A stretch of 63,000 nt of DNA, filler included, from Nemertoderma westbladi (lineage: Eukaryota > Animalia > Xenacoelomorpha), in NCBI GenBank assembly GCA_032718475.1. It is 3 parts of 3 records of this genome, joined end to end, with 100 filler letters (N's around TTAATTAATTAA, not from the genome) between each part and the next. Parts side by side here need not be neighbours in the genome. Positions count along the whole stretch, not along the records: positions 20,132 to 45,084 come from JAUCBJ010003488.1; positions 45,185 to 63,000 come from JAUCBJ010005863.1; 1 more part is not named here. One strand, 5' to 3'. Below the pieces are notes generated by a model that saw only the letters and a list, made by a program, of their open reading frames with translations, searched no databases and was not told the origin of the DNA. Position 1 is the stretch's first letter; each line of letters begins with the position of its first letter. A program made the position numbers and the translations under genes. Of this stretch, positions 39,779 to 50,200 are shown piece after piece.

Positions 39779-41109
39779 AGTAGTAATGGTTTGCCCTATC
39801 CTTCGGCGACAGTTTGGACCCACTTCGCACCTTGGGTGTTAAGTAGGTCATTAATTAATTAATCAATTAATTAATTGGTCGATTAAACAATTAATTAATT
39901 GTTTAATCAATCGATTTGTATCAAATAATGTTGCCAAAGGCAATTTAATTTGATACAAATCAATCAGATAGGGACGCGAGATGAATAAATTGTACTACAG
40001 CAAATGAAATATACAATACAATAGGCACTGTACATTACAATATACAATACATTTGTATTATTTTTGCCGTACAATAGAATGATAGAATTAAATAAAAAGA
40101 CGCAATCGAGGCCCAAAACATAAATATACCCTTTCACGAAAATAAAGTGGCCCCAGTTTGGCCCCGAGTCATCCCTCAATAATCTGTGGCTGTTTGGGCT
40201 CTTATTAACCGTAGCATGACTAACCCAAACATCAATGCGTGAATGGGGCCTGCGTGAATGGGGCCTGCGACAGAGCTTAAATTATTCAAACCCACAGCTT
40301 CCCAAGAAATTAGAATAAACATCTGCTCTTGCAATAGATTGCATTCTTTCATATTGTACTTTATGAAGCAGTCCACGCGCGTCTGACCGCACATAATTAA
40401 ATAAGGCCCTCATTTAATACATAAGTTATATACAGTTTATCTTAAATTTATTGAATTTGTTTTTATTTACAACCCGAATTGTTCTACCGTATTATAATTT
40501 ATGTTTTATTATAACAAGCTATATCCTGTTAATCTTATTAATTTTATTTGTACTGAGGTTTTCGAGGGCGCTGTTTCCAATGGTCCTACTCTCAAAACGA
40601 TGTAACCTACTGTATAATTAATTACTTAAGTCTGCGAGGTATGCGTAAGTAACAAATCTCGTTTACCAGTTTTCCTTAAAAACTATGAAGCTATATTGCT
40701 TAAGAGTTCTGAGGGGCGAGCCATGAGGCAAGGTGTTTGATACTTTTTAGATATATTATTACTTAATTTTGACCCCCCAGTCGATATCTATTACAATATA
40801 GGCTATATCTTTTTGCGGAGTCACAGAGTAGTCTGAAGATCCGAGTCTGCTGCTAGAGGGTGAAATGTCTCAAAGTAAAAACCATACGGTAGCTATGAAT
40901 TGGTTACTAGGCAATAATACTACATTTTGTATAGTTAGGCCTATTGCCGATCGAACGAAAACTGCCCTGGTCCATGAGAGGATTGAACCCACGACCTATT
41001 GGAGATGTGAATTCAAAGCAACCACTACACCAAGGTGGAACAGTAACGTTTGAATTTGTTCGTTAACGTTCGAATTTGTAAGACTCTGATTTAAGACCTG
41101 AGGCACTCC

Positions 41110-42001
41110 CCACAACCACAGCCACAGCCACAGTCACAGCCACAGCCACAGCCACAGCCACAACCACAACCACAGCCACAGCCACAGCCACAACCACAGC
41201 CACAACCACAGCCACAACCACAGCCACAGCCACAACCACAACCACAGCCACAACCACAGCCACAACCACAACCACCACAGCCACAGCCACAGCCACAGCC
41301 ACAGCCACAGCCACACCACAGCCACAGCCACAGCCACAACCACAGCCACAACCACAGCCACAACCACAGCCACAACCACAGCCACAGCCACAACCACAGC
41401 CACAGCCACAACCACAGCCATAACCGCAGCCACAGCCACAGCCACAACCACAGCCACAGCCACAGCCACAACCACAGCCACAACCACAGCCACAGCCACA
41501 ACCACAGCCACAGCCACAGCCACAACCACAGCCACAACCACAGCCACAGCCACAGCCACAGCCCACCCAGCCACAGCCACAGCCACAGCCACAGCCACAG
41601 CCACAACCACAACCACAGCCACAGCCACAACCACAGCCACAGCCACAACCACAGCCACAACCACAGCCACAGCCACAGCCACAACCACAGCCACAGCCAC
41701 AGCCACAGCCACAACCACAGCCACAGCCACAGCCACAGCCACAGCCACAACCACAACCACAGCCACAACCACAGCCACAGCCACAGCCACAGCCACAGCC
41801 ACAACCACAGCCACAACCACAGCCACAGCCACAGCCACAGCCACAGCCACAACCACAGCCACAACCACAGCCACAGCCACAGCCATAGCCACAACCACAG
41901 CCACAACCACAGCCACAGCCACAGCCACAACCACAGCCACAACCACAGCCACAACCACAGCCACAACCACAGCCACAGCCACAGCCACAGCCCACAGCCA
42001 C
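41110..42001. repeat. (GCCACA/ACCACA)n microsatellite, left arm
   Basis: Hexamer run seen directly. Confidence 0.97.
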
Positions 42002-42323
42002 CACTTCTCCCCATAGGAGAATATTTGTTTATCTGTTGTCAAAATGTTTAACTAATTTGATGTTTTGGTTACTCATTCATTATGCATTTAAAATAGGATC
42101 AGTCAGGATTGATCATTTATAGTGGTTTATAATATATAATATATATTAGACCATTACACAAATTAAAATTACAAATACAATTACCCACCACCACACAAAA
42201 CGACTCAGAACTCAGGATCAAGTTGACTTTATTTGTTTAATTAAGCATATTATTATGAAATTACATAATTAATACGACTAAATATAATAAATATTTCAAA
42301 CATATACAATATTTCAGTTATAA

Positions 42324-43075
42324 TTAATGTCTCGCATTAACTGTACGACTGTTACTGTTCATAATCCTAGGTCGTAATACAACAGTTGCTGGAGATATAA
42401 CTTTTCCATTCCCTACTCTGATTTTCTGTCCATTTTCATTGTCATTCTCCTCTGATGCTTCCTCACTGTCATCGCTACTCTCCTTTGATTCTTCCTCACT
42501 GTCATCGCTACTCTCCTCCGATTCATCCTCATCACTCTCATTTCCATCATTATCACTCTCCTTATGCGAATGTTTCTGCATTTCATTCAATTGTCTAATT
42601 ATTTTCTGCAATTTATTTTTATTTCCTAATACATGTCTTAATATCTCCTCATTATCTGAGTCATTCTCCTCCCCACTTTCATGTTCCTCGACTTCTTTCT
42701 CGCTCTCATTTTCTTCACCACCACTCTCATTTTCTTCTTTCTCTATCTCACTCTCCGTTTCATCTTCTCCTCACTTTCCTCTGATTTATCATCTTCCTCA
42801 CTCTCATCGTCCTTTTCACTATGTGGCTGTTTCTGTATATTTTTCAAAATATTCATGATTTTCTCGAATTTATGTTTCATCATTTGTTTAATCTCTAGAA
42901 AATCACTCTCAACTCTCTTTTTGTTCTCTTCTTCACTAAAAATATCATCATTATTTTTTAATTTCTTTGGGGAAGGTTCCATTACACCTTCCTTTCTATG
43001 TATACTCATATGGCGGGATATACTGTCTCGTCTCATCTCTTTATCACAAACCATACATTTTTCATAACTAGGCAT
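42324..43075 (-). pseudogene. C2H2 zinc-finger plus acidic coiled-coil ORF with one frameshift (~42770)
   Basis: CMVCDKEMRRDSISRHMSIH; two abutting acidic frames share an internal repeat. Confidence 0.55.
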
Positions 43076-43326
43076 TATATAGCAATGTCAATTAATAGTA
43101 TTGAATTTTCGATAAATGATTTTACAAAATTTTAAATAAATAAAACTTTTATTAAAATAAATAAAACTTTTAAAAATGAAAATTAGAGAATGAATGAGAA
43201 TGCAGTGAATGGGGGCTATTATAGAGGGAGGCTAGAATGGAGTTGTGAAAAAGAATAATCTATTGCAAACCAGATGTTTCTTGAATTTTTCTCAGGCGTA
43301 TTTGATAATAAAGTGGCTGAAGGTGA

Positions 43327-43881
43327 GGCTGTGGCTGTGGCTGTGGCTGTGGCTGGGTGGGCTGTGGCTGTGGCTGTGGTTGTGGCTGTGGCTGTGGCTG
43401 TGGCTGTGGCTGTGGCTGTGGCTGTGGTTGTGGCTGTGGCTGTGGCTGTGGCTGTGGCTGTGGCTGTGGCTGTGGCTTGGTGTGGCTGTGGCTGTGGCTG
43501 TGGCTGTGGTTGTGGCTGTGGCTGTGGCTGTGGCTGTGGTTGTGGCTGTGGTCTGTGGCTGTGGCTGTGGCTGTGGCTGTGGCTGTGGCAGTGGCTGTGG
43601 CTGTGGCTGTGGCTGTGGCTGTGGCTGTGGCTGTGGCTGTGGCTGTGGCTGTGGCTGTGGTTGTGGCTGTGGCTGTGGTTGTGGCTGTGGCTGTGGCTGT
43701 GGTTGTGGCTGTGGCTGTGGCTGTGGCTGTGGCTGTGGTGGCTGTGGTGTGGCTGTGGCTGTGGCTGTGGCTGTGGTCTGTGGCTGTGGTTGTGGCTGTG
43801 GCTGTGGCTGTGGCTGTGGCTGTGGCTGTGGCTGTGGTTGTGGCTGTGGCTGTGGCTGTGGCTGGGTGTGGCTGTGGTTGT
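43327..43881. repeat. (TGTGGC)n microsatellite, right arm
   Basis: Hexamer run, inverse of the left arm. Confidence 0.97.
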
Positions 43882-43954
43882 GGGGAGTGCCTCAGGTCTT
43901 AAATCAGAGTCTTACAAATTCGAACGTTAACGAACAAATTCAAACGTTACTGTT

Positions 43955-44030
43955 CCACCTTGGTGTAGTGGTTGCTTTGAATTCACATCTCCAATAGGTC
44001 GTGGGTTCAATCCTCACATGGACCAGGGCA
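43955..44030 (+). promoter_or_regulatory. tRNA-like Pol III A/B boxes in TIR (mirror copy ~40962-41038, minus)
   Basis: TGGTGTAGTGG ... GGTTCAATCC with tRNA-like spacing. Confidence 0.5.
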
Positions 44031-45084
44031 GTTTTCGTTCGATCGGCAATAGGCCTAACTATACAAAATGTAGTATTATTGCCTAGTAACCAATTCATAG
44101 CTACCGTATGGTTTTTACTTTGAGACATTTCACCCTCTAGCAGCAGACTCGGATCTTCAGACTACTCTGTGACTCCGCAAAAAGATATAGCCTATATTGT
44201 AATAGATATCGACTGGGGGGTCAAAATTAAGTAATAATATATCTAAAAAGTATCAAACACCTTGCCTCATGGCTCGCCCCTCAGAACTCTTAAGCAATAT
44301 AGCTTCATAGTTTTTAAGGAAAACTGGTAAACGAGATTTGTTACTTACGCATACCTCGCAGACTTAAGTAATTAATTATACAGTAGGTTACATCGTTTTG
44401 AGAGTAGGACCATTGGAAACAGCGCCCTCGAAAACCTCAGTACAAATAAAATTAATAAGATTAACAGGATATAGCTTGTTATAATAAAACATAAATTATA
44501 ATACGGTAGAACAATTAGGGTTGTAAATAAAAACAAATTCAATAAATTTAAGATAAACTGTATATAACTTATGTATTAAAAGAGGGCCTTATTTAATTAT
44601 GTGCGGTCAGACGCGCGTGGACTGCTTCATAAAGTACAATATGAAAGAATGCAAACTATTGCCATACCAGATGTTTATTATAATTTCTTGGCGAATTGAT
44701 GTAATAACGAAGCTATAGGTTTGAATAATTTAAGCTCTATCGCAGGCCCCATTCACGCAGGCCCCATTCACGCATTGATGTTTGGGTTAGTCATGCTACG
44801 GTTAATAAGAGCCCAAACAGCCACAGATTATTGAGGGATGACTCAGGGCCAAACTGGGGCCACTTTATTTTCGTGTGAGGGTAATTTATGTTTTGGGCCT
44901 CGATTGCGTCTTTTTATTTAATTCTATCATTCTATTGTACGGCAAAAATAATACAAATGTATTGTATATTGTAATGTACAGTGCCTATTGTATTGTATAT
45001 TTCATTTGCTGTAGTACAATTTATTCATCTCGCGTCCCTATCTGATTGATTTGTATCAAATTAAATTGCCTTTGGCAACATTAT

Positions 45085-45184
45085 NNNNNNNNNNNNNNNN
45101 NNNNNNNNNNNNNNNNNNNNNNNNNNNNTTAATTAATTAANNNNNNNNNNNNNNNNNNNNNNNNNNNNNNNNNNNNNNNNNNNN
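45085..45184. other. Artificial contig linker
   Basis: N44-TTAATTAATTAA-N44. Confidence 0.95.
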
Positions 45185-45683
45185 ATGGTCCACTGCGGCT
45201 TTACTCATGTTATAGGAGATGACGCCGGAGAATGAGCGGATTCCGTTGACACTCGATACATTCACGATGCAACCGCGGGAGCTCACGAGATGCGGAATAG
45301 CTAACTGACTCAAACGGAAAGTCGACTTAACGTTTATATCAAATACCTGGTTGTATTCCTCGGGGGTTGTTGATTCTAAAGAACCGTAGAGTAGGATTCC
45401 AGCTGAGTTTACCAGAATGTCCAGCCTACCAAATCGGTCTACCACATCCACTATAAGTTTCTTGCACTCGCCATCGTCCGTAAGATCGCAGGTTCGCCGG
45501 AATACGTCGCCGGGTTCTCGGCATTCACTGGCTACGGAGTCCAGGTCGTTGCTAAGAAGGCCGGTTATGGCCATTCGGGCTCCTAATTGGCTGAATAAGA
45601 TAGCCGTGGCCGCGCCAATACCTGAACTGGCCCCCGTTACCAGAGCAACCTTACCTGATAATTCCACCAATTGGGGCAGACAT
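45185..45683 (-). CDS. Classical short-chain dehydrogenase/reductase (FabG-like), 3'-truncated
   Basis: GKVALVTGASSGIG, DILVNSAG, IVNVSS, YNMSK; start codon uncertain. Confidence 0.85.
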
Positions 45684-45788
45684 TTTTTCACAGGAGAAGA
45701 AACAAACACAACAGGGCTGTCTCGCTGTCTGGCTGTTGCCTGTTAGTCTTGTAATTTGTAATATATTATGGTATGTGGTATGTACCTG

Positions 45789-46576
45789 TATCTGAGGCCC
45801 CTATAGGGACATCTTACCATTTTTTCACTACAAAATTAGTCGGGATCCCGCAATAGTAACTCGAGATATTAATTCGGGATCCTGAGATAATAAGTCGAAG
45901 TCGGGATCCTGAGAGTAACTCGGGATTCCGAGATAGTATCTCGGGATTCCGAGATAGTATCTCCGGATCCCGAGATAAAAGTCGGAATCCCGCGATAGTA
46001 ACTCGGGATCCTGAGATAAGAAGTCGGGATCCCGAGTTAATAAGTCGGGATCTTAAGATAATAAGTCGGGATCCTGAGATAAGAAGTCGGGATCCCGAGT
46101 TAATAAGTCGGGATCCTAAGATAATAAGTCGGGATCCTGAGATAATAAGTCGGGATCCTGAGATAATTTGAACAACATTTGATTGGCTGGGTTGTGTTGG
46201 CTGGATTGTTTGGCGGCTTATAAGATTACACAGTTACATGTCAGATGGCCTACATACAGATACGCCATTACTGTCAGATTGTGCCTAAAACAAGAGTTAT
46301 GCACTGAACAATGTTGCTATGTAAATACAGAAGTACGAAGTATAGGCATGTCTGTATGTAGGGTAGGCTATAGTACACTAGATAATAATTTTACTGCACT
46401 GTGCTTCGCAATCATTTAACATTATAATCTTTTAAAAATCCCGCGAAAAACAACACAGCCAACCAACGCCAACACAACAGCCAATCAATGTTAATCATTG
46501 TTCAAAATATCTCGGATCCCGACCCGACTTATTATGTAGAACAAAATTGGCGAGATGTCCCTTTAGGGGCTCCGTA
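45789..46576. mobile_element. Degenerate MITE with palindromic tandem array
   Basis: Imperfect TIR gcccctatagggacatct / agatgtccctttaggggctccgta; ~21-bp units with core tcgggatcccga at 45838-46165; no TSD found. Confidence 0.55.
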
Positions 46577-47267
46577 GATTGCTACTCAGACACGCGTACC
46601 TTCCTTGTGGCGCTGCACTTTATTCACTTCCCATAGGTGTTAGGAAAATATAAACTATTTGCTTAATTTTGAGTAAAGTTATAAAAATATTGGTAAAGTT
46701 AAAAAGTTAATGGGTGAACGTGAAACGCGAAACACCTATCCGAAGGTTCCTCTCTTTTGTCTTTGATTGTTACCCAGAAGAATGGTGGCGCCACATTTTT
46801 ACTCATATAATGTTTGACACGACGCCCCCCCCCCCCCCCCCACCCCCCCCCTTCCCCCAGCACTTTGTGAGTGCAAATATGCCAATGAGGCTTTCACATA
46901 AACAACTACTGTACTAACTATAATTTGCAATAAGTTTGTATGTCATTTTATTCTAAAATTGTTATTTGAAGTCTTAAACTTTAGAGGAGAACTTGTCTTT
47001 CACTTATTTACAACTATTATTTTGTATGTGTGCGTAAATTATAATATATAATATGTTTAGTCGATGAAATAGCGTTATCGGTAAACAGGAATGGTGAAAC
47101 ACCGAAGGCTAACTCATGTTTTTCCGACTCAACACATTTCATTCAATCTGGTAGCTTTTTTAAGAAAATACAGTACTTATCTTACAGTAAACAATCACCA
47201 CATTATTATTCGATAATTCAATCAATTGAATACTTTTATTAAATAAAATAATAATATCGCAACTTAC

Positions 47268-50200
47268 GGGTGCATTCTTCAACACCATTTCCAACATAAT
47301 CCTCGTCGCATTGACAACCGTGGTATCCAGTACCCAATCCGCATGAGGCGTGAGCTACACACGGCCCGTAGTCGTTACATGAGACATCGTTGTTTCCGGC
47401 ACAAGAACACTCTTGCGTACAATCGGCGTTAATCCATTCTTCCCCATCCTGCGTTTATAGTGATGTAAATATTATGTAGAAAGACTGATAAAATAAATAA
47501 CCTAAAGGTGACGTGACGGGTATTAAATTCACCATCATCAGTATGCTTCCAACCCAAGTTAGGTTGATTATCCCGTGAAAGATGAAAGGGAAGGTCTGGT
47601 AGGTTGCAGCACGTAAAGTAATTGCTAAAACACTGCTTTTAATCGAAAATCGGCCTCGGAAGGGAAAGCCCATATTGCCACCACTACTACAAACCATAAA
47701 ATTGCATTAGGTAATAATAACGCAGAGGATAACCCGAAACCGCTGTTTGAAGACCGCTGTCCACGTATTGATTCCAGCAGAGAAAGTTAAGGAAACAGAT
47801 TCCACTGTTCCGAACTTAGCACTTTCTTTTATTATTTCTAAAAGTTTTCTGTTTGCACAGAGATTACAAGTGTATTGGAGAAGTACAATACATTTACTGC
47901 GCAAGTGAAATAACTTGAGAGTTTAATTAATCTGGAAGTAACTAAACGCGGATAACAGTAGTAGTTTTGCTAGTGTAAATTATACAATGTGTTCGAAGGA
48001 CAACCCCAGTCTCCCTCAGTCCTTGCAGTCTCTCATACGGACAACCCCAGTTTCCCAGTCATTGCAGTCTCTCATACGGACAACCCCAGTTTCCCTCAGT
48101 CCTTGCAGTCTCTCATACGGACAACCCCAGTTTCCCAGTCCTGGCAGTCTCTCATACGGACAACCCCAGTTTCCCAGTCCTTGCAGTCTCTCATACGGAC
48201 AACCCCAGTTTCCCAGTCCTTGCAGTCTCTCATACGGACAACCCCAGTTTCCCAGTCCTTGCAGTCTCTCATACGGACAACCCCAGTTTCTCAGTCCTGG
48301 CAGTCTCTCATACGGACAACCCCAGTTTCTCAGTCCTGGCAGTCTCTCATACGGACAACCCCAGTTTCCCAGTCCTTGCAGTCTCTCATGCGGACAACCC
48401 CAGTTTCTCAGTCCTGGCAGTCTCTCATACGGACAACCCCAGTTTCTCAGTCCTGGCAGTCTCTCATACGGACAACCCCAGTTTCCCAGTCCTTGCAGTC
48501 TCTCATACGGACAACCCCAGTTTCCCAGTCCTTGCAGTCTCTCATACGGACAACCCCAGTTTCTCAGTCCTGGCAGTCTCTCATACGGACAACCCCAGTT
48601 TCCCAGTCCTGGCAGTCTCTCATACGGATAACCCCAGTCTCCCTCAGTCCTTGCAGTCTCTCATACGGACAACCCCAGTTTCCCAGTCCTTGCAGTCTCT
48701 CATACGGACAACCCCAGTTTCCCAGTCCTTGCAGTCTCTCATACGGACAACCCCAGTTTCCCAGTCCTTGCAGTCTCTCATACGGACAACCCCAGTTTCC
48801 CAGTCCTTGCAGTCTCTCATACGGACAACCCCAGTTTCTCAGTCCTGGCAGTCTCTCATACGGACAACCCCAGTTTCTCAGTCCTGGCAGTCTCTCATAC
48901 GGACAACCCCAGTTTCTCAGTCCTGGCAGTCTCTCATACGGACAACCCCAGTTTCCCAGTCCTTGCAGTCTCTCATACGGACAACCCCAGTTTCTCAGTC
49001 CTGGCAGTCTCTCATACGGACAACCCCAGTTTCTCAGTCCTGGCAGTCTCTCATACGGACAACCCCAGTTTCCCAGTCCTTGCAGTCTCTCATACGGACA
49101 ACCCCAGTTTCCCAGTCCTTGCAGTCTCTCATACGGACAACCCCAGTTTCCCAGTCCTTGCAGTCTCTCATACGGACAACCCCAGTTTCCCAGTCCTTGC
49201 AGTCTCTCATACGGACAACCCCAGTTTCCCAGTCCTTGCAGTCTCTCATACGGACAACCCCAGTTTCCCAGTCCTTGCAGTCTCTCATACGGACAACCCC
49301 AGTTTCCCAGTCCTTGCAGTCTCTCATGCGGACAACCCCAGTTTCCAGTTTCCCAGTCCTTGCAGTCTCTCATACGGACAACCCCAGTTTCTCAGTCCTG
49401 GCAGTCTCTCATACGGACAACCCCAGTTTCCCAGTCCTTGCAGTCTCTCATACGGACAACCCCAGTTTCCCAGTCCTTGCAGTCTCTCATACGGACAACC
49501 CCAGTTTCCCAGTCCTTGCAGTCTCTCATACGGACAACCCCAGTTTCCCAGTCCTTGCAGTCTCTCATACGGACAACCCCAGTTTCCCAGTCCTTGCAGT
49601 CTCTCATACGGACAACCCCAGTTTCCCAGTCCTTGCAGTCTCTCATACGGACAACCCCAGTTCCCAGTCCTTGCAGTCTCTCATACGGACAACCCCAGTT
49701 TCTCAGTCCTGGCAGTCTCTCATACGGACAACCCCAGTTTCCAGTTTCCCAGTCCTTGCAGTCTCTCATACGGACAACCCCAGTTTCTCAGTCCTGGCAG
49801 TCTCTCATACGGACAACCCCAGTTTCCCAGTCCTTGCAGTCTCTCATACGGACAACCCCAGTTTCTCAGTCCTGGCAGTCTCTCATACGGACAACCCCAG
49901 TTTCCCAGTCCTTGCAGTCTCTCATACGGACAACCCCAGTTTCCCAGTCCTTGCAGTCTCTCATACGGACAACCCCAGTTTCCCAGTCCTTGCAGTCTCT
50001 CATACGGACAACCCCAGTTTCCCAGTCCTTGCAGTCTCTCATACGGACAACCCCAGTTTCTCAGTCCTGGCAGTCTCTCATAGGGACAACCCCAGTTTCT
50101 CAGTCCTGGCAGTCTCTCATACGGACAACCCCAGTTTCCCAGTCCTGGCAGTCTCTCATACGGACAACCCCAGTTTCCCAGTCCTGGCAGTCTCTCATAC

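Larger units (their letters stand above)
39779..45084. mobile_element. Polinton/Maverick-like non-autonomous foldback element, right tip cut by segment end
   Basis: Begins AGTAGT exactly at the LINE breakpoint; 39925-42005 is the reverse complement of 43311-45084. Confidence 0.65.

Noticed and set aside
41063-43997. Poly-CG/WL/VA ORFs
   Set aside because: Translations of a hexamer microsatellite.
43955-44030. Functional tRNA gene
   Set aside because: A/B boxes are present but there is no convincing acceptor or anticodon stem.
39779-45084. Endogenous densovirus/parvovirus with ITRs
   Set aside because: Size and hairpins are suggestive, but there is no NS1/Rep helicase or capsid ORF.
39925-45084. 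Palindromic assembly artefact
   Set aside because: Arms differ by substitutions, an indel and satellite length, and enclose unique sequence.
45185-47448. Fusion of the VWD gene to the SDR via a phase-1 splice
   Set aside because: Frame-compatible, but the acceptor is weak and a secreted-cytosolic fusion is implausible. A nearer stop-containing exon at ~47147 is simpler.
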